Below, in pieces: positions 19,442 to 31,700 of a stretch of DNA of 64,000 nucleotides. Origin of the DNA: Eledone cirrhosa (Eukaryota); contig OZ024753.1 in the NCBI GenBank assembly GCA_964016885.1, forward strand, positions 30,070,001 through 30,134,000, given 5' to 3'. The notes beneath the pieces were generated by a model. That model was not told the DNA's origin. It worked only from the letters and a program-made list of their open reading frames with translations, and searched no databases. Position 1 is the first letter of the stretch, and the number at the start of each line of letters is the position of its first letter. A program made the position numbers and the translations under genes.

Positions 19442-20335
19442 GTAATTTTTTTAACTCTAAGTAACCGAATCTCTCTCTCTCATGTTTCCATTTCCATATT
19501 TTTAAAATAAAATAGCTGTATTCCTCAGGCTAGGACTCATTAAGTGACCACATAAAAGCTTCCTTATTGGCTCAATTTTTATTTTATTCTTTTTAAATAT
19601 GAGACTTTGTTGCTAAGTTCCCTGTTATGTAAGCAGCTATCTATAGAACTTAGCAGATCATTTAGTTGATGGTGGCGGTTGCTATAGTAGTGTATCATTC
19701 CGGGAAGTGGAAGCAATACAAAATTAAAACATCTTTACAGATATGTAAATTGTAATAGACGAAATGAGTGAGATTTATAAAAACATAGTCGAAACTGCTT
19801 ATTATAATCACTTTGGGATGAAGTTCTTGTAATTACTTTGCGATTACAATAAATGTTTGGAGTTTGGAGCATTATTTAAGAAACAAGTCTTAAAATTATA
19901 ATGGAGATTTTAAGATAAGTATGCAAGGCATTATTTAACAAAGGAGTGTTACCTGAATTTATTATTAGTTGAGTAACTAATTCCTTCATCAGTTGGTTTA
20001 GTAACCGGATAGTTGTTTAATTGTTAATTGTCAAAGCTCTTTTGTCACTCCTCCTTTGACCTCAATGACTATTCTTATTACTCTTTGTCTCCTCTTTGTT
20101 CTATTTTACTCCATCTTGTCTTTTTTACATAAAACTAGCAGGATGGCCTGGCGTTGCTTAGGATTTGTTCTAGGGTTCTTATATATTTATCCTTATCGAG
20201 CCTGGTGAAATAAATACGTTTGTTTATATTTTGTTATTGTGTATGCAAAAATATCTACACGAATATATAATTTTAAATATATTAAAGTTTAAGCAAAGAA
20301 TTGCTGCTTAATGTTTTAATATAAGTATGAACACT

Positions 20336-20747
20336 TTAACCCTTTAGCATTTACATTATTCTATATGTAAAGGGCGGTGAATTGGCAGTATCGGTAGTGT
20401 TGGACGCCATGCTTTCTAGCACAGTTACGTCGCATTACGGTCTGAGTTCAAATCTTGTCGTGGTTAACTCTGCTTTTCATCCTTACGGGGGTCGATAAAA
20501 TAAAGTACCAGTAATGTACTGGGTTATTACTGGCCTTGTGCCTAAAGTAGAAACAATTATTCTATATGTACTATTATATTTTCATAGTAAAGGCTTTAGC
20601 TCACATAATATTGAATCTGAGATTTTGATATTATTTATTTTGATAATACTTTAACATCAGTATGTACAGTCAATTACAGCTGGTTTGAACAGAAAGGTGT
20701 GAGAGAATACTGGCAAGATACGGCCGGTTTAAATGCTAAAGGGTTAA
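20336..20747 (-). mobile_element. MITE family A interrupted by SINE B (20370-20555)
   Basis: TIRs plus TTAA; the SINE is flanked by the 15-bp repeat attattctatatgta (20355-20369 and 20556-20570). Confidence 0.85.
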
Positions 20748-20830
20748 AAAGAGTAGTTTTGTACCATTAAAAACGAGTGGTTTCAGACTGGTCTATATCA
20801 AAAGTGTTAAATCATTTCACATATACACTA

Positions 20831-21021
20831 TGGCGGTGGATTGGCAGTATCGGTAGAGGGTCGGACGCCATGCTTTCCAGCATAGTTACGTCCCTTTACG
20901 ATCTGAGTTCAAATCCCGCCGAGGTTGACTTTGCCTTTCATCCTTACGGGGTCGATAAAATAAAGTACCAGTAATGCACTGAGTAATTACTGGCCTTGTG
21001 CCTAAAGTAGAAACAATTATT
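20831..21021 (+). mobile_element. SINE B, full-length, young-looking
   Basis: Box A tggcagtatcgg, box B gagttcaaatccc, core, (ATT)n tail; TSD atatacacta at 20821 and 21022. Confidence 0.88.
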
Positions 21022-21418
21022 ATATACACTAGAGATCTGTATCTTAGAGGGACCAAAAGGATCATTCTAAACCTTGAATAAGATAGAAAGTCATATAAGA
21101 TGTTTTATTTCAATGTTTGTGTCTTTCTACTCTTTGTATTATTTTTTTATAGGTTGAGACTTTTGGGATACTCTTTCATTAGGTAGTATTGGTTCAACTA
21201 AATATATTGGTTCTTGCAGTTTGGTTTATTATGGTATATTTATTTATTCCATAACTTCCACGTTTGATCTGTATTTATTGCTCTCTCTCTCTCATATATA
21301 TATATATGGGAAGGGAGAGATTATTTGGCTTTTAAAATGCTGCTTGTGTATATTTTTCACCAACCTATGATAGCATGGACATTAAATAACGATGATTCCT
21401 TCTTTCTCTCTTTTTGTA

Positions 21419-21472
<54 letters not shown>

Positions 21473-22020
21473 AAGAGGGGATAGTGAAAAATATACACAT
21501 TTTAAAGCTAAATAATCTCTCTCTCTCTATATATATATATATAATAATAATAATGAAATTATTGTGTACAGGAGGTCAATGTTCTGAGCAAGATAGGGGT
21601 TCCAGACTGATGATGCGAATATATATATATATATATATATATATAGCTGAATAATTTCAAATACCTGTGATGTGGATTGCAGACAAATACAACCAATTTC
21701 ACATTATACTGTTTTAGATTTTTGACTAGCCAAGAGTGGGGGTTCGAAAGGAAATCCCCTCATTCACAGAAAATTACAGTAAGAGATATGGTAGTACTAA
21801 AATTGATGCCAGTGCATCACCACCCAGGCAGAAAACAGCAAAATATATATTTGTATCATCATCATCGTTTATTACTCACTTTTACTAGTAGCAAGGGTTG
21901 GGCAGGTTGTTACTGACAAAATCCATACTTAACTGGAACCATTGATTCCCCAATTTACAGAGAATATCATGCATTTTATCATGGCTTCAGCACTAAAGAG
22001 GTTGTCACGTCTTTGACACA

Positions 22021-22219
22021 ACCCTTTAGCAATTATCTTACTCTATATATATTATTGTATTTTGACGGTAAAGGCTTTACCTCACATTAATATCGAATCT
22101 ATGAGATTTTGAGAACAATACCTTAACATCAGTATGAGCAGCTGGTTACTGTATGTTTGAACAGAAAGAGGTGAGAGAATCCTGGCCGGATACAGCCAAT
22201 TTAAATGCTAAAGGGTTAA
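22021..22219 (-). mobile_element. MITE family A
   Basis: TIRs, conserved body. Confidence 0.82.
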
Positions 22220-22249
22220 AGCATCCTGCCAAATCTTTGCTTGGCAAGT

Positions 22250-22330
22250 TTCCTATGACTGGATACCCTTCTTATTGCTTCTATGACTGGATACCCTTCT
22301 TATCACTTCTATGACTGGATACCCTTCATA
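22250..22330. repeat. ~27-bp tandem repeat x3
   Basis: ctatgactggatacccttc three times. Confidence 0.85.
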
Positions 22331-23189
22331 TTGCTAAACACTTTACAGAATATAATGAGTGTGTTTTATTGTCAACAACATTAAATTGTCACGCCCTCAA
22401 CACAATGAAAGTTTTCTCCACCCTTATGTATACATATTTTATAACACCCAAATAATCTGTGCTTGTGTATGTATAAATGTGTACATATATATGTGTGTTT
22501 GTATATATAAAGTTTGATCCCTACTACATGACATCTAGGGAAAATGTTATTTACCATAGCCTCATGTAGACCCAAGCCTTGTGAGTTAAATTGAGAAGAC
22601 AGAAAATGTTTGAAACTGTACTGGGGAATTATTAATTTGAAGAAGAAAAAATACAGCATTTACCTTTTTGAAATTAGAGGTTTTTGACATTGATAGCTTC
22701 AGTTTTAGATAGAAAGAAGTAATTGATTTAATGAATTAATAGCTATCAAATTATATTGTACCAGTCTATTATTGATATAAGATAGATTCTTCTTATTGTG
22801 TCCACAAGAGTGTCAGCTACAAAGCTTGGTTAGATGTGGTTTTGCCACAACTGAACACATTGCTGTCCTTTCTCATTAGACTCTGCCAAGTCCAATGCTG
22901 GTGCAGGGGGCATATCAGGACGTTAACTGTGTCTTTCATCTATCTGATGAAAGATACGGTTAATGTCAGCGAAATTTGAACTCAGCAAACGGATGTTATT
23001 AAATATCATCAGACGTTTTAATCTAGAAAGTATGAGCGAGATGTGATCACCTGACTTGTCTAGCTTCATTATATCACATTGCATCTAACCCATGCCAGCC
23101 AGCATAGAAAGCAGACATAAACAACAGATTTCTTTTAGAGAAAGAAAGAAAGAAAGTGAGAGAGAGAGAGAGGAAAGGAGCAAGAATCA

Positions 23190-23340
23190 AACCCAGTACT
23201 TGACAGGTACTTTTTTTTATCAACCTCAAAAGGATGAAAGGCAAAGTTCACCCCGGCAGGATTTGAACTCCAAGAGCAGAGAGCTGAAATGAATACCATA
23301 AAGCATTCTATCCAATGTTCTAACGAGTTTGCCGCCTAGA
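23190..23340 (-). mobile_element. SINE B, degenerate
   Basis: ggatgaaaggcaaagttcaccccggcaggatttgaactc is the reverse of the core and box B. Confidence 0.7.
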
Positions 23341-24595
23341 AAGCAGACATATGATGATGATGATGATGATGATGGTCTCTTATTGTATTTGTTACCACAC
23401 CTTCGGAATTAAAAAAAAAAAAGGATAATCATTTTGTGGAGTGTGAATATATTGACTTGAAAGTAAGGCAGTCGGTCAGGTTTTAGATTATTCCCAGGGA
23501 CTGAACTAAACAGCTATTTGTGATAACATAGGAGCAGCTGTTCTCTTACATTGTCACCTCCCTCCATATATCAGTGTTTTCACAACACTGTTACTGCATA
23601 GAACACTCCTGTGTTTTATTTAGACATGCTTCAGTAGTCAACAAATTAACACAGCTGTTACCTGCTTTGAAAGACAGACACACAACTGTTTAATGACACG
23701 GTGTGCACATAGCTTCAAATCATGCAATGAGCATTACTTGAAGTAGAATTAGTTCAGGTTAACTGGCCTCTATATATACTAGTTCGCATTCACTGATCAA
23801 CATATATACATTTCATCATCTCATCATCTTCGTTTAATGTCCATTTTCCATGCTAGCATGGGTTACACTAGACCACACATACTGTATATACACTAGTCCA
23901 TATATATATATGCACTAGCCTACATATACACTGGTTCATATATACACATACTGGTCCATACATATACGGAGCCATAAAGAATTTTATCTGACACTGCCAC
24001 GATTCAGCTATTTCATTGTCCTAATAAAAATAATAATAATAATAGTTTCTTATTTAGGTAGAAGGGGGGGGGGGATTACATGGACCACGGTACTTTACTG
24101 GTATTTAGATAGAATATCTACAATTTTGGAGGGAGGTGAAAGTTGACTACATGTATCTCGGTATTTAACTGATCATTTATATTATTGATCCTGGAAGGAA
24201 GAAAAGCAAAGCTGACTGTGGCATGATTTGAACTCAGAACATAAAGAACCAGAACAAATACTGTAAAGCATGAGACTATAAGAGTAGAAGGAATTGCTTA
24301 AGACGTTAAACAGTTAACTTTAAGCTGCTTGTATTTTCTTGGTTTGCCAGACAGTATGATCACCAGATGGTGTGAAATTCTGATTGTCCTCTATTCTTCT
24401 CTATTGATTTCTTGTCAGTAGTCGCAAAACTAATTTCTGCTTTCTGCTGGCTAGAGGATATTTCCAATTGAATTGACCCATTAGACAACTAATACTTATT
24501 TTATCAATCACAGAAAGCTGAAAGGCAAAATTGACTGACCACAGCAAGATTTACACTAACAACAATAAAATATAGGGTGTCTCCAAAAATGTATA

Positions 24596-24900
24596 GGCAC
24601 ATGGCTTAGTGGTTAGAGCATTGGCCTTGCAATCGAAAGGTTGTGAGTTCAATTCTCAGACCGGGTGATGTGTTGTTTCCTTGAGCAAGACACTTTATTT
24701 CACATTGCTCCAGAGGACTGGGTTCCCTATCATACCACTGCAAAGTGGTCGTGGAGGTGCCACAGCAAAAAAGCACCCAGCACTCACTGTAAATGAGGTT
24801 AGTGTTAGGAAGGGCATCCAGCTGTAGAAATCAAGCCAGAATCAGTTCCCGTCCCACCCTTGCAAGCAGGGAAAAGCGGACGTAAATAATGATGATGATG
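24596..24900 (+). mobile_element. SINE C with RTE-like tail
   Basis: tRNA head, CORE-like segment, ggaagggcatccagc block, (GAT)n tail. Confidence 0.85.
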
Positions 24901-25343
24901 ACTTCAACAGCAGTCTGTTGTCCTTGCTAGCAATGGGTCATAACAAACCAAGTCAGTACTCCAGTGAACCTACTGACCTCACATATGGGCCGACATCTCA
25001 CTTACATATACATTCCTACATTTCTACTGAGTCTATTTTAGCGTGGCACCAGCACTATGGAAGTTGTGATGTCTTCGATGCAGTTGAAATGGTCACAGAA
25101 AGCTGACATCAAGCCAACACTGCATCTGGATGATCATAGACAAATCCAAACAAGTGCTGTTTAGTTAGTTTTAGTCATCAAGAATAAGGTCAAACTAAAC
25201 AACTATATAAAGCACCAAATGTTTATAAAGTTCTCTGTTGGTTTTGTATTTCATTCTGCAGGAGCCAATAATTAAGTAAATATATTACTAGTATGATTCA
25301 AGCATGTTTCAATGGATGTGCAATTTGTTAACAACCAAACATA

Positions 25344-25613
25344 GATGAGTTGAGAGAGAAACTGTATATAAGAGGAATATGCTATAGTGTGCAGGAGAGA
25401 AGACTACGTTGGTATGGCCATGTGATGTGCATGCATGATGACCACTGGGTGAAGAATTGGCAAGAAGACCACAGAACACATGGGCAAAGGTGGTGAGAGT
25501 TGACCTCGGATCGCTGAAGCTTGCAGAGGTGACGAATGGAGAGATGCTGTGCTAAAGAGTACCCGTCTCACCCTTGCAAGCAGAGAAAAGTGAATGTAAA
25601 ATGATGATGATGA
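25344..25613 (+). mobile_element. RTE-clade LINE 3' fragment
   Basis: Translates DELREKL...ERRLRWYGHVMCM, typical of the RTE C-terminus; ends in (GAT)n. Confidence 0.8.
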
Positions 25614-26016
25614 AGACAACGAACATACTTGAAATAAGAAGGCAAAATCTAGTCTGTATCTTTAAGGGTTATGTTTGTAGGTCACCATAGCTAAAACTAA
25701 GCTGACTAAATAACTATGACATCCCTTAACCCTTCTTAACTCCCAGCTTCCTGTCATCCATTCCACTGACTTGTCATATAACTAAGTTTAAGTATATTCT
25801 TCTGAAAAATCCTGCATTTCTAAGCAAAAATACAATAAAATAAATCCACTTTATATGAATTTAATCTAGTTCAGCTTAGCCTAGCTGTCTGCAGTTATCA
25901 AGAACTATATATATATCTATATATACACATACATACATATATATATATACACATATATGTATGACATATAATCACCATCACTGTTTAACACCCATTTTTA
26001 AATAGTGGTGGTGATG

Positions 26017-26072
<56 letters not shown>

Positions 26073-26237
26073 GAAATGATGAGGATACATATTAGTAGGT
26101 TACATTATAGTGTGATATAACTGCAATCTCAGCTCTCTTTGGACAAGTTCACATCATTGGGGGTAGCAATGATTGAGTAATGTGTCCTTACACACAAACC
26201 ATATACCAAACTAAAACTTCTATAATCTGGTGGGTTC

Positions 26238-26577
26238 TTAATCCTTTAGCATTTAAACTGGCCATAATTCTTTCACCACTTTCTGTTCAAACCAGTCATT
26301 CATTCTGACTTTAACCCGGCTGTATCCGGCCAGAATTCTTTTACCTCTTTCTGTTCAAACTGGCCACTCATACTGATGTTAAGGTATTGTTTTCAAAATC
26401 TCATAGGCTCGATATTATGTGAGATAAAGACTTTACTGGGAAAATATAATAGTATATATAGAGTAATGTAAATGCTAACGGGTTAAGGTATTGTTCTCAA
26501 TATAATATCAAAATCTTGTAGCTTCGATATGTCAGTAAAGCCTTTACTGTGAAAATATGTTAATAGTAAAGGGTTAA
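26238..26577 (+). mobile_element. MITE family A nested inside another copy (inner 26311-26486)
   Basis: Inner copy sits at the internal TTAA of the outer copy, with TTAA duplicated. Confidence 0.8.
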
Positions 26578-26725
26578 AGGAATGGCTTGTAAGAGTGGGA
26601 CATTCCATGAAAAATACAATACTATATATAGAGTAATTTAAATGCTAAAAAACAATGTCGTCCTCCAAATAACACTTTGGTCCTTTATTTATTGTTGCAA
26701 TTACTAGTTATCAACACGGGGATAT

Positions 26726-26928
26726 TTAACTCTTTAGCATTCACATTACTCTATATTTACTATTGTATTTTGGTAGTAAACACTTTATCTTACATATCGA
26801 ATCTATGAGATTTTGATGTTATTTATCTTGAGAACAATACCTTAACATCAGTATTAGTGGCCAGTTTCAATCGATTTGAACAGAAAGAGGTGAGACATTT
26901 CTGGCCGGTTTGAATGCTAAAGGGTTAA
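26726..26928 (-). mobile_element. MITE family A
   Basis: TIRs plus TTAA. Confidence 0.85.
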
Positions 26929-27467
26929 AGGATGGGGATGTTGTGTGTGACTATGGCATCGAACCACAGACTACGCAGTGCCTCCTGTACAGTATTGGAC
27001 TTGGTAGAGTTTAATGAGAAAAGACAACAATATGTTCAGCTGTAGCGGAACTACATCTAGCAAAGCTCTATAACTGACACTAAAAGTAAAATCAACTGAT
27101 TATTATTGAAACCTAGCATTGCTGATATTTATGTATGAAGTTAGCATCATTTTGTCCACATTTTCATGGGTTGGACAGATTGTCCTGTAGAAAAATGGTG
27201 TCATCATTATCATCACTGTTTAAAGTCTATTCTCCATGCTTTCATGGGTTGGACTAGTAAGGAGGCTTTGTCTTGTTCACATGTTCCACTTTTAAGTAGT
27301 AGGGAATACGATATTATGTGCTCTACTTTCAGGAAAGCTAAGTTTTGACAGATGCTTTAGTTGTGAATATAGTGAAGGATGCCACTTATAAAGGGAAGTC
27401 TACCATTCCAATTATTAAAATAACACTAGACATTGTGAAGTGTCAATTGCTGTTTAGAACTAAAAGA

Positions 27468-27664
27468 TTTAACTCTTTAGCGTTTAAACTGGCCAGAATT
27501 CTCTCACCTCTTTCTGTTTAAACTGGCCACTCATACCGGCATTAAGGTATTGTTCTCAAAATAAATAACATCAAAATCTTGTAGCTTCAATATTATACGA
27601 GATAAAGCTTTTACCATGAAAATACCATACTTAATGTAGAGTAATGTAAACGCTAAAGGGTTAA
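27468..27664 (+). mobile_element. MITE family A
   Basis: TIRs plus TTAA. Confidence 0.85.
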
Positions 27665-28199
27665 AAAAGTCAATCTTCTTAATATGGTTTTGATAATATT
27701 AAATAAGTATATAAGACTTGTAGAAGTCAGATGTGATGCTATTTCATGTCATGGTTTTGACAATATTAAATATATTGGCTAAATCAGAAACCATTAAGCT
27801 GATGGCAGTATCGGACAATATACTTTGTGGCATAGAATTATGTATTTTCATGTTTCAAGTCCAAATCCTGTTGAAGTTAGCTTTGTTTTTCATCCTTACG
27901 GGCATCAAAATTGACCCCGTCACTCAAATTGTTGGCCTTGGCATATGGCAAGTGCCTCTTCTAGTAACACAGGTAATGCTGTCCACTTTCCCCCATCTGT
28001 AGGGCTCAGATAACTTGACTAATTTTCACAGCCAAGGAAACCTGTGTCAAAGCAGTTAACTTTAAGCTGACATACATTCAAAATTTATTCTTTATATCAA
28101 AATACCCATGTTGATATAAGTACCAATTAAGTACTCAGTTGATACTATCAACAAAGAGAGAAAGAGAACAAAAAAAGCTCTTTTAAAAATTAAATTCCA

Positions 28200-28205
28200 T
28201 TTATT
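28200..28205 (-). terminator. Candidate SLBP poly(A) signal
   Basis: AATAAA on the minus strand ~300 nt after the stop, followed by U-rich sequence. Confidence 0.45.
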
Positions 28206-28510
28206 TACAAGAAATCAAAGTCAATGATACATTTAAATATAAAATACAATGGAAAATGGAGCCTAAATTTTCAGGGGGAACGTTAGCTTTCTGGATATTA
28301 TGGCGACGAAATAGTTTTTATATGCTGCCAAATCACGCAAGTTTACAAACATACACACACACACACACACAAATGAGTAGGTGAGAAACAAGTTAAGTTA
28401 AAAATGTTTTATACATATTATATATAAATATATATATATATATTATGAGCCAGGAATCATAAGTAGATTGTTTTAAATGATGGAAAATGTTTATAACTAC
28501 ACATAATATG

Positions 28511-28760
28511 CTATTCTATGTTGTCAGTAGCAGTTAAAACTGCACGAGGGACATGACTCTCTGGACAAGATGGATCTGTAAGTAGTGTTTCTTCCAATGG
28601 TGAAGCCAGAGTTTCTTTAGATGGAGACAGTGGAGGTGAGTCTAGATCAAGGTCAATATCAACATCAATATTGAAATCAATATCCTCTTCTTCAATAGCA
28701 TCTTCACTCATGACGCTATTGGAAACTTCAGATGAATTATCAGATGTAATGGAATCACCC
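28511..28760 (-). CDS. SLBP: SLBP exon 8 (acidic C-terminus, TAG stop)
   Basis: tttcag| acceptor; [10 protein letters not shown]...[16 protein letters not shown]...NIE*; within ORF 28511..28897. Confidence 0.85.
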
Positions 28761-31700
28761 CTGAAATAAATATAATAGGAAATATAGAGCAATGTAAATG
28801 CTAAAGGGTTAAGTCTTTCATGGGACAACAAGGCTTCCTGCTTTAGCAGGGAAAAGGACCTTAAAATACATGTTTCGTTTAGCAGTAAATAATTCAAACA
28901 GAGTACTCACCTTGTTGAACTAGTAACATTATCAAACTGATGGAGTGCAATACGCCAGTTCCTCATCTGCCCATCCCATGACCTGCGACTACATTTCTGG
29001 TACTTATTTGGGGTTTTAGGATGAGTCTTTTTCCGTTTATGCCTGCAAAGAGTTAAGGATAAGAGAAATGACTGCCACCAACAATATAACATATATTTTA
29101 ATTTTATAAAATGTAATTACATTTTAATTAAAGAACACTTCCATGACAGAACAAAGAGTTACTTTGATGTAGAAATGATGTGACAAAAATATTACCTTGG
29201 GATCACCCTGATATAATTGTCATAACCAATTGTGTTCATGCCATAATCAATGTCCTTTTGTCTTCTCATCAAAATGTTTGGATCACTTTCAACTTCATTA
29301 TTTCTACTATAATAATAATAAATAGACAAGACTAAATGCATGTTCTAATAACACAAACATTAATAGTTTGGAATATAGCTTAAAGAAGGCTCTTACATAT
29401 TATGATGAAAGGTTTTTAGATAAATATAAAGACTTTAAAATACACAGCTTAGTGTTGTAAAACTAGGGGTGGTTTGGTACCAAAAGGGTTAACCTGCTCC
29501 AAAACCTTTCAATGTCCTATACCACACAAAATCACACAATAGCTAGACATTCTTCAAAAGCACTACATGAAATATTAAAGCTTCCATTCTAATACTGCTA
29601 ACAATGACCTGTCCATTAGTAAAGATACTATAAACATTTGAATAACAAAACAACTTCAGTTATTTTCTGTGAAATTACAGGATGTTAAGAATTAACTCTT
29701 TAGCATTTACATTACTCTATATATACTATTGTAGTTTCGTGGTGAAGGCTTTATCTTACATAATATTGAATCTACGAGATTTTGATATTTATTTTGAGAG
29801 TAATAACTTAACATCAGTATGAGTGGCCAATTATGGTTGGTTTGAACAGAAAGAGCTGAGAGAATTCTGGCTGGATATGGCCGATTTAAATGCTAAAAGG
29901 TTAAAATCTCAACAACTCAATATCAAAGGAAGAAAAAATATATTACTTACTCTGTATATTTTTTCCCTTTTTGATTCAACTCAAGTTTACGGCAATATCT
30001 GGTGAAAAACAAACACAGTAACTATCTATAAAAGATCAATATTCCGGGAAGAAAAACTTTACAAATGTTATATAATTGTTTCTACTAGTGGCACAAGGCC
30101 AGCAATTACCCAGTACATTACCGGTACTTTAATGTACAAATGTTATATAATAATGGAGACAAAATATATTACCTCTTTAAATTTTTATGTTCCTGCTTAG
30201 CACGACTCTCAAAGTCTTGTAATTGACAAGTTAGTTCAATTTCAGACTGAGGCGTTGGGGTTGATCCCTTAGACCAGGCAACATCTGCAGAAGCCTGAGC
30301 TGGAGGAGTCCTGAAAGAAACAAAATTATTAGCAATGTATATTAACACCGTGGGAATTTCGTTGTAACCACAAAGCTTCACCCCATAAGAAATACATACA
30401 CCACCACCAAAACTTCATCGTCAATATTTGCTTTCATTGTGAAAAACTACAATTCATATGACTATATAATAGCCCAATAAGTCAAGTAAATTAGCCCAGA
30501 TGACAGCAAAAAGGTGGGCAGACACACACAAAATAAACCATAATCTAATATCACCACAAGGAGCCAGAAATTATTTAACCCTTTATTACCATTTACATTA
30601 TATATACTATTGTATTTTCATGGTAAACACTTTATCTCACATAATATCAAATCTACAAGATTTTGATTTTATTCATTTTGAGAATACTTTAACATCAGTA
30701 TGAGTGACCAGTTATAGTCAGTTTGAATAGAAAGAGATGAGAGAATTCTGGCCGCATACGGGTGGTTTAAATGCTAAAGCATTAACACAAAAGTTCATCA
30801 TTTTGATTTTAACGCAACTACAAGAAGTTCCGCATCTATGAAACAAAACAACCCATTTTATAGGCTTCTCATTGGAATTAAAATCTTCCTACAATTTTCT
30901 AAGAACCATTTTTAAGTTACTACCGTAGCTGAAATAATATTAGCAAATGGCTCAGAATTCTTCATTAATATATAGAAATAGGAGTATACAATCACAAGAT
31001 GGTTAAAATACAAATCAAAAGCTATAGCAACTACACAATACATATATCCATATGAAACAATATCTCTCCCCTTCTATATATATGTATATATATGTGTATG
31101 GAGGCACATGGCTTAGTGGTTAGAACATTGGCCTTGTAATTGAAAGGTTGTGAGTTCAATTCTCAGACCGGGTGATGTGTTGTTTCCTTGAGCAAGACAC
31201 TTTATTTCACATTGCTCCAGTTTACTCAGCTGTAGAAATGAGATAAGGACTGGGGTCCGTATCATTCCACTACAAAGTGGTCGTGGAGGTGCCACGGCAA
31301 AAAAGCACCCAGCACTCACTGTAAATGAGGTTGGTGTTAGGAAGGGCATCCAGCTGTAGAAATCAAGCCAGCATCAGTTCCCGTCCCACCCTTGCAAGCA
31401 GGGAAAAAGCGGACGTAAAATGAAATGATGATATATATAATCATACACACACACAAAAAAAAAACAACTCACCACTCTGGAGTAGTTGGAAGAGGAGGAA
31501 AGTCATGGGGCTTGTAACGATAACGCCGTTGATGAAATTTCTGATAATTATCCCTGTAATACACATACACAACAACATTTATAAAGAATCCAAAGAAAAA
31601 ATATATAAAAAAACACAAAAACAAATGTACAGAAAAGCTTCCAACCCATATCAGTATAGAAAAATTAAAATATGTCATCTCTGACAAATGAGTATCTTTT

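Noticed and set aside
20000-28000. Additional gene between RNF38 and SLBP
   Set aside because: Only repeats and short ORFs; no consistent exon chain recognised, though a lncRNA cannot be excluded.
28000-28510. Histone stem-loop in the SLBP 3'UTR (autoregulation)
   Set aside because: No GGYYYTTYTNARRRCC-type hairpin found by eye.
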